Shown: positions 18,000 to 26,594 of the stretch, one piece after another
Layout: each line of letters begins with the position of its first letter
Position numbering within the stretch: position 1 is the first letter of the stretch
IMG/VR virus record: IMGVR_UViG_3300028638_000037
Span: 1-30,867 of that record
Strand: one strand, 5' to 3'
Source of the DNA: a virus
Taxonomy: Duplodnaviria; Caudoviricetes
DNA length: 30,867 bases
Program-made: the position numbers and the translations under genes
Notes under the pieces: model-generated
The model's input: the letters and a program-made list of their open reading frames with translations, nothing else
Told to the model about the DNA's origin: nothing
Databases searched by the model: none

Positions 18000-18060
18000 C
18001 GTCCACCTCGTCCATGTCCTCTACAACGTCCATTTCGTCCATTTCGTCCATTCCGTCCAC
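18000..18060. repeat. 9-bp CGTCCA(T/C)NN tandem repeat cluster; others at about 6096-6120, 12148-12183, 13447-13473, 13850-13880, 20340-20364, 23863-23886, 24719-24752
   Basis: Read directly from sequence. Confidence 0.85.
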
Positions 18061-18120
18061 TTGCCCTGAATAAGCCCATTAAGGGCGCATCGAAGGGCTT
18101 GCCCTGAGCGAGTCGAAGGG

Positions 18121-20325
18121 TCAATTGAATACCGGCACCTTCTGACACCGGCAATTGTAACTCTTCAACTTCCTCCATACGCTCACATCATCCCAGGCAA
18201 ATACCTGACCGTCCAAAGCTTGATGCTCGTCCCTTACCCGACTGTCCCCGACGCTTTGCCAGCGCCCTGACTTGATAATACCCTCGCCCACCAACTCCTC
18301 GCACGCCATGTCCCTGCCTTCCACTACCGCATTGTGTATATTCGTCTGAAATATCGTCTTCATTCGAAAGTCGCTCTTCTCCGTCACGCCCTCATTCTCA
18401 AACACCTGACGGATGCCCTTCTTCCATTCCCCGAAGGTCTGTCCGCTGATCAGACTTTTCGTCAACGAATCTTGCACCTTCCCAATAATATCCTTGCTCT
18501 GTATATCCGCCACAGTAAACGCCCGATGCCGCGCCCCCCATAGCAATCCCTCAAACTCCTCCTTCGTCATTGGCAACAGCCCCTCAAACCACTCAATTGC
18601 CTCCTTCGGCTCTAAGGGCTCAAATACATATCCCTTATTTGCCTCGGCATAAATCGCAACCCGCTCAACGTCCTTACCGGACTTTTTCGCCAATTCCATT
18701 ATCTCATAAATCCCGTTCAATTCCCCCGTGAATATCGCCCACACCAGATAATTCGCAAGGGGAGCAGTGTCCACATCAAACATCTCTCCGCGAATAGCCC
18801 ACACCGATTGCTCATCCGCAGACTTCTCAAACATGTCTATAATCTGCTTCATCAATTCAAAATAAAACCGCTTCCCCTGGGATACCGCCGCCTCAATAAA
18901 TCTTTCCTCCCTCTTCGTCCACTTGTCGGCTACCGCCGCTTCCGTTGTCTCCCCAAATTCCGCGTGTCCTGACCTTGGCGAATGGTCGAAGGGTAATTCG
19001 CTATTCGCTATTCGCAATTTAGCCGTCACCTCATCCCCAGCCTCTGGCGCCGGTCTCTTATAAGTCTCATAAAAGTATTTCACACTAAGCGGAACGCCCA
19101 TTCTCACCAGCATCTCATCTGTCCGCGCCCGACTTTCCAAAAACTCCTCATCATCGCTCGCAAACGTAACATCCGGGATCGCCGCGTCAAATCCATAATT
19201 AAACCTCACCAGCGGTGTGATCAACTGGCTCTTGATCGCACCCGCTAATGACTCGCAATCCGCCTCGGTGTATTCAATCCTGCTCGCCTCGTGAACTTCC
19301 GCCTGCGCCCGCGTCCCAAACTGCCCCTCATCGCTCGTCAATGTCCCGCCCAATATCGCCTTGGAAACGGATAACTCCAAATATCGGATAAAATTCTGAT
19401 AGCAATCCAGGCTCCCCGCCCTCTGTGCCTCCAGCAACTCTATAACCATATTGTCCGGTATCCGCACCGCCTGATCATTCTGCATAGCCCTCAATGTATT
19501 CAATAACGACTGCTTCTCGGCGTCGGATATTCCGGGCGGATACTTCCCAACAGCCGTTGGCGATGCAAACTTTTCAGTAAATATGCTCCAAAACTTCAGC
19601 CCGTTTTTTGCAAAGAAATAATACCAGTAGCAATATCGCGCCTCTCCCCAGCCGTATGGTATCTCATGCTCCTTGTTGTAGGAATGAACTATAAACTTAT
19701 CCTCAGGAGCCGCTGTGAATGACTGCCTCACCCCGTTGTCGTCTATCATTAATTTGCAATCCCAGTCGAACCGGAACCGACCCGGATCGCGGCTCATCAG
19801 CCGATCCACAATAATGTTTTGCCCGTTTCTCCCGCGTCCGCCCGTCTTCCACATAATCTCGCTCACCGCAAATCCAAACCAGATAGCATCAAGCAACTCG
19901 CGCAAATCATCCCGAAACTCATATATCCCGGAAATCGTCTCCCGCGCAAACTCCGCGATCTCCGCGTCTAAATTCTCATCGCTCGCCGCCATTATTTGCA
20001 ACGGTCGAGCCAATACCGCGTTCTGACGCTTCCTCAAACAATGCCGCGCGTGCGGCCACTTTAAAAGCATCTCTCGATAAACATCATATATCTCGGTAAA
20101 TTGATCCGTCCCCGATAACTGCAAGATCGGATCAAGCATCATAATCTCATCAGACGGACCGCGCCACTGCGTCGCCCATAAATCATCCCTCATCGAAGCC
20201 GATTCTGCATAATCCGGCTTTGCGGATTTTGCACCCTGAGCGAGTCCCGAGCTTGCCGAGGGACGAGTCGAAGGGCTTTCTCTAAACGCCGCCCATGCCC
20301 TCTTCATGTTCTCAATCAATCCCAT
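18121..20325 (-). CDS. Portal protein (Mu gp29/DUF935) fused to MuF/gp30 head morphogenesis domain
   Basis: LLDAIWFGFAVSEIMW, SKAILGGTLTS, AQAEVH; C-terminal RAFTVA, TIFQTNI, VGDSRVRDEH.ALDG, YNCRC. Confidence 0.88.
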   Translation of the reverse strand: MGLIENMKRAWAAFRESPSTRPSASSGLAQGAKSAKPDYAESASMRDDLWATQWRGPSDEIMMLDPILQLSGTDQFTEIYDVYREMLLKWPHARHCLRKRQNAVLARPLQIMAASDENLDAEIAEFARETISGIYEFRDDLRELLDAIWFGFAVSEIMWKTGGRGRNGQNIIVDRLMSRDPGRFRFDWDCKLMIDDNGVRQSFTAAPEDKFIVHSYNKEHEIPYGWGEARYCYWYYFFAKNGLKFWSIFTEKFASPTAVGKYPPGISDAEKQSLLNTLRAMQNDQAVRIPDNMVIELLEAQRAGSLDCYQNFIRYLELSVSKAILGGTLTSDEGQFGTRAQAEVHEASRIEYTEADCESLAGAIKSQLITPLVRFNYGFDAAIPDVTFASDDEEFLESRARTDEMLVRMGVPLSVKYFYETYKRPAPEAGDEVTAKLRIANSELPFDHSPRSGHAEFGETTEAAVADKWTKREERFIEAAVSQGKRFYFELMKQIIDMFEKSADEQSVWAIRGEMFDVDTAPLANYLVWAIFTGELNGIYEIMELAKKSGKDVERVAIYAEANKGYVFEPLEPKEAIEWFEGLLPMTKEEFEGLLWGARHRAFTVADIQSKDIIGKVQDSLTKSLISGQTFGEWKKGIRQVFENEGVTEKSDFRMKTIFQTNIHNAVVEGRDMACEELVGEGIIKSGRWQSVGDSRVRDEHQALDGQVFAWDDVSVWRKLKSYNCRCQKVPVFN

Positions 20326-20367
20326 TTGTTTTCCTCTTATGTCCACCTCGTCCATGCCGTCCATTTA

Positions 20368-20441
20368 CCCTGAGCGACCCTGCCCTGAGCGAGGCTGAGC
20401 TTGTCGAAGCCGAGTCGAAGGGTCGAAGGGGAGTCGAAGGG
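20368..20441. repeat. Nested REP-like CCCTGAG...TCGAAGGG element; family copies at 12843-12861, 15397-15430, 16349-16370, 16803-16859, 18064-18120, 18968-18992, 20234-20275, 25414-25443
   Basis: Shared arms read directly, same orientation in all copies. Confidence 0.9.
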
Positions 20442-20477
20442 CTCTTTAATTGTCAATTTTCAATTATCAATTGTCAA

Positions 20478-22034
20478 TTAATACCTGCTCCTCACACTCT
20501 CCCTCGCCCCCGTGCTTGCCCACTCCGCCTTCCACGGTCCCCGCGCGCCCCACTCCATAACACCGCATAGCAGCGCGTCCGGTCCGTGATCGTCCTTCTT
20601 CACAATCCTCCCGTCATTCCCGCGCCGCCATCCCTTCAATTCTTCATAAAATCTTTTTGTCTGCCCGTCAATATACCATTCCTTTCCATCGTTAATCGAA
20701 CCTTGAAGCCACAACTGACCCCGCTCAACCAGACCCTTGATCCATCCAACACCCATATCCTTCCACTGATTAAACTGCACCTCGTTCACCTTAAACCCGT
20801 TGAACCGCAACTGCGCATTTTGAAACGGATGGGAAGCGTCCGCGCAGATCGTCCCGATTCCGTATGTCCCGCCCAGACACTTCACCCGCAGAAATATAGC
20901 CTCGTCCATAACGTTGTGATAATACTCCGTCTGCAACACAACCACAACCCCATCCTTCTGACGCTGTATCACATGCAGCGCCGTCCATCCCTTCATGCCC
21001 CAGTCTATCACGATCAACCCGGGCATCCCCGGTAAATAAACCGCCTCGCCCTTTAAACACCTTGCCAATGCCTGGGGATCTAATACCAATCCGCCCGTCG
21101 CCGGACGCAGACCCAACTCCTCGATCTCGAATTCCTCCCGGCTGAAGGTGTTTTCATAACTTCCTTCTATGCTGCCAGGATCGCCCAATCCCCAGATCTT
21201 CCGCCACCCAATCCCCTTCTTCGCCTTACCCCGACAATATCCATCCGGTTGTATAAAGTCCGGATTCATCGTTTTCCACCGCTCAAAGTCCGGATTTAAT
21301 CTCCCGCTAAAGTCCGGACGGCATACCCGGCAATCCCTGTCGCAATATTCCGCCGTATCAAAACAGTTCCAACTGAATAACTCGAATCCCTTCGCCGCCG
21401 GATCCCCGCATAACTCGCTAAACCTCCCAACCGTCTTATGAAGCGTGCTCGCTCGAACCCATACCGCTGGATGCGCCGTGTTGATGGTGTATTTTGCCGC
21501 GTCGCTGATCTCGTCATCTATCTCGCATTCCTCATCATAAATCAAACAACCGCCATGACGCTCCATCCCCATCTCCCGATGAGGATCCCCGCAGTGAGGT
21601 CCCCTCACCCGCTTCCCGCTCGCCGCCGCTACCGCTATCCAGTTTCCATAAACAGAACGCGCCAAAATCTTTCCCACATCAGCATTGAAATCATCCAGTC
21701 TCGCATCTATCTGCAAAGCTTCGGCAGCATATTGATAACACTTCTTAGCCTGATCCTCAGAACCGCCCAGAATGAACACATCAAACCGCTTGAATAAATA
21801 TAAACAGGCGGCGAGGTCTGCCATCAACATACTCTTACCGCCGCCGCGATTCGCCAGTATCGCCGCCTTCTGAACACGCCCGTTGTATATCGCCTCGAAT
21901 GCCAGCCTGTGCGGCGAAGGATACACACGACCGCAATGATCCGTTAAAAACCGCATCGGGCGCGCCTGATACTTGTTGATCAAGCCCTCATGATCCATCT
22001 GCAAACTCTTATCTATTAACTCACGGATCGCCAT
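20478..22034 (-). CDS. Terminase large subunit
   Basis: Walker A ANRGGGKS, Walker B IYDEE, nuclease IDWG and DDHGPDAL; Cys-rich insert. Confidence 0.85.
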   Translation of the reverse strand: MAIRELIDKSLQMDHEGLINKYQARPMRFLTDHCGRVYPSPHRLAFEAIYNGRVQKAAILANRGGGKSMLMADLAACLYLFKRFDVFILGGSEDQAKKCYQYAAEALQIDARLDDFNADVGKILARSVYGNWIAVAAASGKRVRGPHCGDPHREMGMERHGGCLIYDEECEIDDEISDAAKYTINTAHPAVWVRASTLHKTVGRFSELCGDPAAKGFELFSWNCFDTAEYCDRDCRVCRPDFSGRLNPDFERWKTMNPDFIQPDGYCRGKAKKGIGWRKIWGLGDPGSIEGSYENTFSREEFEIEELGLRPATGGLVLDPQALARCLKGEAVYLPGMPGLIVIDWGMKGWTALHVIQRQKDGVVVVLQTEYYHNVMDEAIFLRVKCLGGTYGIGTICADASHPFQNAQLRFNGFKVNEVQFNQWKDMGVGWIKGLVERGQLWLQGSINDGKEWYIDGQTKRFYEELKGWRRGNDGRIVKKDDHGPDALLCGVMEWGARGPWKAEWASTGARESVRSRY

Positions 22035-22575
22035 GCTTGCCCGCCCCTTGCGTCATACCCTTCTCTTTTAACTTCTCCTCAAATCTCTTCTTGATCTCAG
22101 CCTTCCGCTTCTTCAATGCCGCCCCCACTATCTCATCCTCCGCAACCGACTCGAGCCAGGCGTTCATCTCCTGATCATTGCTTAACGCTATCTCGGATGC
22201 CCCGTGCTTGTCCCAGCCCTCTATCTCCCGTATCAACTGTACCATTGCAAGCCATTGCGCAAAATGCTGATGATTCGGATCCGGTCCGTTGATCAACGCC
22301 TTCAGTTTATCATAATTCGCTTTCGCGTCCGCTAATATCTTCCGACGCTCGTCCGCATCGTCTATCTTCAACGTGATATATCGCGCACGCTGCTCTTCCC
22401 ATTGATACTTGTTTATAATCTTGCATATCGTCTGTCGGCAAATCCCAGGCCATTCCTTCTGCATCCTATCAGCCATCTGATGCGATGATATGCCCTGACA
22501 ATATAACTCCCATGCCATTCTCATAAACTGGGAATTAAACTCATATCGCGGCTTTTTATTATAATCTATCGTCAT
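22021..22575 (-). CDS. Putative terminase small subunit (HTH)
   Basis: AWELYCQG HTH-like, WEEQR; immediately upstream of terL. Confidence 0.65.
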   Translation of the reverse strand: MTIDYNKKPRYEFNSQFMRMAWELYCQGISSHQMADRMQKEWPGICRQTICKIINKYQWEEQRARYITLKIDDADERRKILADAKANYDKLKALINGPDPNHQHFAQWLAMVQLIREIEGWDKHGASEIALSNDQEMNAWLESVAEDEIVGAALKKRKAEIKKRFEEKLKEKGMTQGAGKHGDP

Positions 22576-22796
22576 ATCCTGATCCCGAATATCCCCAAAA
22601 TCGGTCTCATTATCATCTTAAACACATTCCCCTGCTCCCGCTCCACCACTCTGATACGCTGCTCATGATCCTCCAATATACAACGCGTCCGATCGCAGTT
22701 GTCCTTGATCGCGCTTACGCTTGTTTTTATCTCCCGTATGTCCCCGTGCATCTCCATCATGCGCTCCCAATATTTCTCTTCGTCCATCGTTGTCAT
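22572..22796 (-). CDS. Small coiled-coil protein (XhlA/holin-associated-like)
   Basis: DHEQRIRVVE plus hydrophobic C-terminus; ATGA overlaps. Confidence 0.5.
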   Translation of the reverse strand: MTTMDEEKYWERMMEMHGDIREIKTSVSAIKDNCDRTRCILEDHEQRIRVVEREQGNVFKMIMRPILGIFGIRI

Positions 22797-22957
22797 TGTT
22801 CCATTCTCTCCGAATATTTAAATGCTTTCCTGTCCTCATATTCCTGCTGCTTGCCCTTATTAAATGATGCCACGGGTCTGTAATATCCCATCACGCGCGT
22901 CCAGACCTCGCACCGCGTCCGCTCATGGTCAGATATGTCAAACTTCGCTTCTGACAT
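22793..22957 (-). CDS. 54-aa stand-alone glycyl-radical domain (NrdD C-terminus-like); not in the ORF track
   Basis: MSEAKFDISDHERTRCEVWTRVMGYYRPVASFNKGKQQEYEDRKAFKYSERMEQ; TAATG and ATGA coupling on both sides. Confidence 0.85.
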   Translation of the reverse strand: MSEAKFDISDHERTRCEVWTRVMGYYRPVASFNKGKQQEYEDRKAFKYSERMEQ

Positions 22958-23139
22958 TATTTATTCCCATGCCCGTTTGCTTTGTCTGATAATCCCTGAC
23001 CGATATTGTATGACCCCACAATCGCGCTAATCGCGCCCACAAACCACGGCGCCATGTCACTCTTGACAATCGTCACTATAGTGACCAGCGCCATCGCCGT
23101 AATCGTCAGTATTAACTTCCGGCTCCATAACTTGTCCAT
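22957..23139 (-). CDS. Holin-like two-TM protein
   Basis: KLWSRKL, two hydrophobic helices, YNIGQGLSD. Confidence 0.7.
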   Translation of the reverse strand: MDKLWSRKLILTITAMALVTIVTIVKSDMAPWFVGAISAIVGSYNIGQGLSDKANGHGNK

Positions 23140-23245
23140 CTTCTTTCTCCTCCACGTTTGGTCGCGAACTTGATTTCGTTACCACTTTTTTTATCTTCGG
23201 CGTTTTCGGGGTCTTAGGCGTCTTAGGCGTCTTAGGTGTTTTCAT
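23057..23245 (-). CDS. Small protein with (KTP)5 basic N-terminus and acidic C-terminus
   Basis: SD GAGGTG; 9-bp coding repeat; overlaps holin-like gene by 83 bp. Confidence 0.45.
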   Translation of the reverse strand: MKTPKTPKTPKTPKTPKIKKVVTKSSSRPNVEEKEDGQVMEPEVNTDDYGDGAGHYSDDCQE

Positions 23246-23256
23246 TAATTATCACC

Positions 23257-23673
23257 TCACTTGCACGAAATACAATCCGGACAATCCTCGCAAGAATTAC
23301 AATCCGGACATAATATCGGGCACGGTTTGGGATCTGTGGTAGTCGTTACGGGGCTTACCGTCGTCCCAGACGCGCCCGATTTAAAACCCGATATATAAAT
23401 CTGCGCCATGAATTGAGCCAAAGCCAGCGTATCCTTTAACGCGTCGCGCGCTGCTGAAGCATCCTCAGCCATATCCGTGCTCAAATTATCAACCGCGCCA
23501 TTATTGTCCTGACTCTTCGCAAACTGGATCTTCTGCGCCCGATTCATGAAAAACCCGTTTGTCTTGATCGTCTCAGAAACAATCTGGTCCGCGCCGTATG
23601 TCCGCTCTATCGTCAATGTCGAACATCCCGTCATAACCAGAACCATCAATACCATTATACCTAAAACTTTCAT
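23257..23673 (-). CDS. Lipoprotein with Cys-rich C-terminus (first late gene)
   Basis: MKVLGIMVLMVLVMTG|C lipobox; CPILCPDCNSCEDCPDCISC. Confidence 0.75.
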   Translation of the reverse strand: MKVLGIMVLMVLVMTGCSTLTIERTYGADQIVSETIKTNGFFMNRAQKIQFAKSQDNNGAVDNLSTDMAEDASAARDALKDTLALAQFMAQIYISGFKSGASGTTVSPVTTTTDPKPCPILCPDCNSCEDCPDCISCK

Positions 23674-23695
23674 GATTCGCCTCCCTTAATAAATT

Positions 23696-23727
23696 TGCGG
23701 CGGAACCGGTGGCGCGGTTCCGCCGCA
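23696..23727. other. 13-bp perfect hairpin in late leader
   Basis: TGCGGCGGAACCG-GTGGCG-CGGTTCCGCCGCA. Confidence 0.8.
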
Positions 23728-23831
23728 GTGGATGCTGGGTTTGCGTGGAGCGTCTGCCGCTCTCGGATTACAATTATCTCATCCTATTTATTCGATTCTG
23801 CGCGCAATCTATCCTTAACCCTTATTTCAAT

Positions 23832-23856
23832 AAAAAAGGCGGCTTTTTAAGCCGCC
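23832..23856 (-). terminator. Intrinsic terminator ending the early/middle operon
   Basis: GGCGGCTT-AAA-AAGCCGCC followed by T6 on minus strand. Confidence 0.75.
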
Positions 23857-23895
23857 CACAAAGTCCATCACGTCCATCTCGTCCACTTGCCATAG

Positions 23896-24135
23896 CTACC
23901 TCATCGGATCATACGCCCCTATCTCCCTGATATACCGCTCCAGTTCCTCCCGCGTAATCCGCTTGTGCAAATGCTTCTGCGACGTGCTCCGCCCCACCAC
24001 AATCGCCCCAATATCCCCGTTCTCCACCATATTCAATACCGTCCTCGGAGATACCTTCAACACAGCCGCCGCCTCTGCCATCGTATAAACCATATCCGTC
24101 AATTCCGCTCCCGCTGACTGCGTCATATCGCACAT
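23896..24135 (-). CDS. Excisionase-family HTH protein (candidate late activator)
   Basis: YTMAEAAAVLKVSPRTVLNMVENGDI...RITREELERY; sits where Mu has mor/C. Confidence 0.75.
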   Translation of the reverse strand: MCDMTQSAGAELTDMVYTMAEAAAVLKVSPRTVLNMVENGDIGAIVVGRSTSQKHLHKRITREELERYIREIGAYDPMR

Positions 24136-24458
24136 TCCTCCATATTCACAATTTGCGCGCTTCTCCGTTTCTCCGCCGCGCCGTTTCTACGGTTCTCTCC
24201 GTCTCCGCATAACACCGCAAGCAAGTCCCGCAACTGCCACAACTTTAAACTGCTCAAACTGACCCGACTCTCCGTCCCGCGACCCGTCCAGTTCCACTTA
24301 TAAAGAAATATCTGCTTTGCTTTGCCAAACGCATTGATCGCCTCATACATCTCTTCCTTCTCCCAACCCCGCTCCCGCGCCACAGCCCAAATCTTGGCGA
24401 TCATACCCTTCCGCATCGCCTCCTGCCGCGCCGTCCTGTAATGCACCTGATTATTCAT
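24123..24458 (-). CDS. gemA: Mu gp16/GemA-like protein
   Basis: IAKIW...G, SLSSL...QL..LL; synteny. Confidence 0.55.
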   Translation of the reverse strand: MNNQVHYRTARQEAMRKGMIAKIWAVARERGWEKEEMYEAINAFGKAKQIFLYKWNWTGRGTESRVSLSSLKLWQLRDLLAVLCGDGENRRNGAAEKRRSAQIVNMEECAI

Positions 24459-24705
24459 TGCAATATACCCCCAACGGTAAGGGTCGGCTCTTGCTATGCA
24501 CCGTTATACTCCGGTTCGGCAACCCCTCCCTGTGCCCCCCATGATCCCCGCCATGCGAGCGCCGCGCACATCCCATATTCTTCGCAATCTGCGTCACCGT
24601 CCGACGATGTATCTCAAACCTCTCCGCTATGTCCGTCAAACGATCCCCGCGCTCATACATCGCCACTATCTCCGCCTTCTCAACATCCGTTATCATCTCA
24701 GCCAC
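24451..24705 (-). CDS. HTH DNA-binding protein
   Basis: IVAMYERG...DIAERFEIHRRTV. Confidence 0.7.
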   Translation of the reverse strand: MAEMITDVEKAEIVAMYERGDRLTDIAERFEIHRRTVTQIAKNMGCARRSHGGDHGGHREGLPNRSITVHSKSRPLPLGVYCNE

Positions 24706-24784
24706 CTCCTTCTTTTATTGTCCATCTCGTCCATTTTGTCCACTCCGTCCATTCCCTCTTTTCGTAATTCGCTATTCATCATTT

Positions 24785-25366
24785 TCACCTCTCCACCGCC
24801 CACTTCCCGTCCTCGCCCTTCCGCTCCACATAACAATACACCCGCCCCATCTCCGCGTCCATCGCCTTCCTCAGCAACTCCTGCGCCTTCAAAAGCTCCT
24901 TGTTCCGGATGTTCTTCATCCCCACAAACGCCGCAATCCCAGGCGTGTAAACCAGCCGCTTCTTCTCCACAAACATCGTCTTCAGCAGCTCGAATAAGTC
25001 CGTAATATCCGCAGGCATCTTCTCCGCCGTCTCCGTCAGAAGGTTGTCAATGATCGCCTTCGCCTGACGCGCATACTCATTCATCTTTATGTATGCGTTC
25101 TGCTTGATAATCACACGGCAGTTTTTGGGGATGTTATTTACCGTCACCCCGCGCCCGGTCATGGTCTTGTCGCCCTCCTCCTCGCTCGATCTCGCCCGGA
25201 ACACCGGCGCGATGAACTCCATCAAAAACCGGCTCCACTTCGCCTGCGCCGCCAAATATTCCCGATATGCCTTCGCCACGCGATCAACCAACTTATGATC
25301 ATCCTTCTGATCCTTCGTAAAAAACTTCGAATCCACCATCGCACCATTGATCTCAAACTGCGCCAT
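24785..25366 (-). CDS. DUF3164-like Mu-type early protein
   Basis: D.LV, GVTV, AKAIID, YVER...GKW; directly after MuB-like gene. Confidence 0.65.
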   Translation of the reverse strand: MAQFEINGAMVDSKFFTKDQKDDHKLVDRVAKAYREYLAAQAKWSRFLMEFIAPVFRARSSEEEGDKTMTGRGVTVNNIPKNCRVIIKQNAYIKMNEYARQAKAIIDNLLTETAEKMPADITDLFELLKTMFVEKKRLVYTPGIAAFVGMKNIRNKELLKAQELLRKAMDAEMGRVYCYVERKGEDGKWAVER

Positions 25367-25468
25367 CTCTATTCCCCTCCTTCATGTATTTTTCCACAAT
25401 TTTCAATTACTTGCCCTGAGTCCGCCTCAGGCGGATCGAAGGGTCCATTGTCCATTGTCCATTTTGCA

Positions 25469-26581
25469 TTACCTTGCAATCAACCCCACAACCTCCGCCG
25501 TCACCTTCGCCTCGCCAATCTCATCAGCCTTGTTCATCAGACGCGCCGCTATATTCTGCACTCGCAACGGCGGCCCAGCCACAACCTTCTCCCCATTCAC
25601 CTGGAACTCGAACTTCGCATGATGCGCAATCGCCTTAATCGCATCACCGTCAAACACCTTGTCCACATCCGCCCCAGCCCTCTGAAACTTCCACCCCAGA
25701 TAACCCTTCACCTGGTTGGGATGCACCAGCCCCCTCATGAGGAACGTTGCGCATCTGTTCGTCGTCTCCCGCAACCGCACATCCCTCATAGCCTCAATCA
25801 ACTCCAACTGACCGAGGAGGAGAATCCCCAGACACTTCCGGAACCCGTGCTCATACTCCCACAACTGCTTCAGACTCCGGAGCGTCTGACGCGGCGCCTG
25901 CTGCGCATCGTCCAACACCAGGCAGACCTTCAAATCCTCCTTAGCCGCATCCGAAAGCAGACTCCTCACATATCGCGCCAACTGCTCCTTCGTCCGCCCG
26001 GCGCCGCTTGTCTTCCCCCTCAGATCATACACTATCGCCTCCATCACATGCCCTGGCGATAAGTTCACCTTGTCCGTGTTCATCACCCGCACGAACCTCA
26101 CATTCTCCCCGATCTCGCTTTCCAGCTTCCTGAGGAGCACCGTCTTACCCGTCCCGACCTCCCCGCACAAAGCCCCAAATCCCTGATACCGCGCAATCTG
26201 CTCCATGAACTTGTAAGCCTTGCTCGTCTCCTCAGTCAAATACAAATCCTCAGCACCGCGAATCTCATTTACAAACGGGTCTCGATTGAAACCCCATTTA
26301 TCCAACGCTCCCATGCTCAACCTCTCCATAGCATCCACCTCCATCACAATCTCGCCGCGGATTGCCACAATCCGGGGCTTCGTCCTTAACTCCTTGATCA
26401 GTCCCCTGATCTTATCTTCCAACTCCTCACGATCCAGCCTCAACGGCCAATGCCGCTGCGTCACCAGATAATGGAGCGTGCTCTTCCCGATTCCCAACTT
26501 CCCGGCGCACGTCCCATAACTCAAACCGCGCCGCTTCATCAATTCCTTTAATTCATCCAGCATCTCGCCACCCTCCACCAT
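25469..26581 (-). CDS. MuB/ExeA-like AAA+ transposition ATPase with N-terminal HTH
   Basis: Walker A GEVGTGKT, Walker B LVLDDAQ, LLGQLEL; start uncertain between 26590 and 26563. Confidence 0.88.
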   Translation of the reverse strand: MVEGGEMLDELKELMKRRGLSYGTCAGKLGIGKSTLHYLVTQRHWPLRLDREELEDKIRGLIKELRTKPRIVAIRGEIVMEVDAMERLSMGALDKWGFNRDPFVNEIRGAEDLYLTEETSKAYKFMEQIARYQGFGALCGEVGTGKTVLLRKLESEIGENVRFVRVMNTDKVNLSPGHVMEAIVYDLRGKTSGAGRTKEQLARYVRSLLSDAAKEDLKVCLVLDDAQQAPRQTLRSLKQLWEYEHGFRKCLGILLLGQLELIEAMRDVRLRETTNRCATFLMRGLVHPNQVKGYLGWKFQRAGADVDKVFDGDAIKAIAHHAKFEFQVNGEKVVAGPPLRVQNIAARLMNKADEIGEAKVTAEVVGLIAR

Positions 26582-26594
26582 ACTCGCCACCTGT

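Noticed and set aside
18000-18120. CRISPR array
   Set aside because: Repeats are 7-9 bp tandem units or dispersed hairpins without regular spacers; no cas genes
16781-18178. ORFs 16781..16972 and 17900..18178
   Set aside because: Largely translations of REP-like and 9-bp repeats
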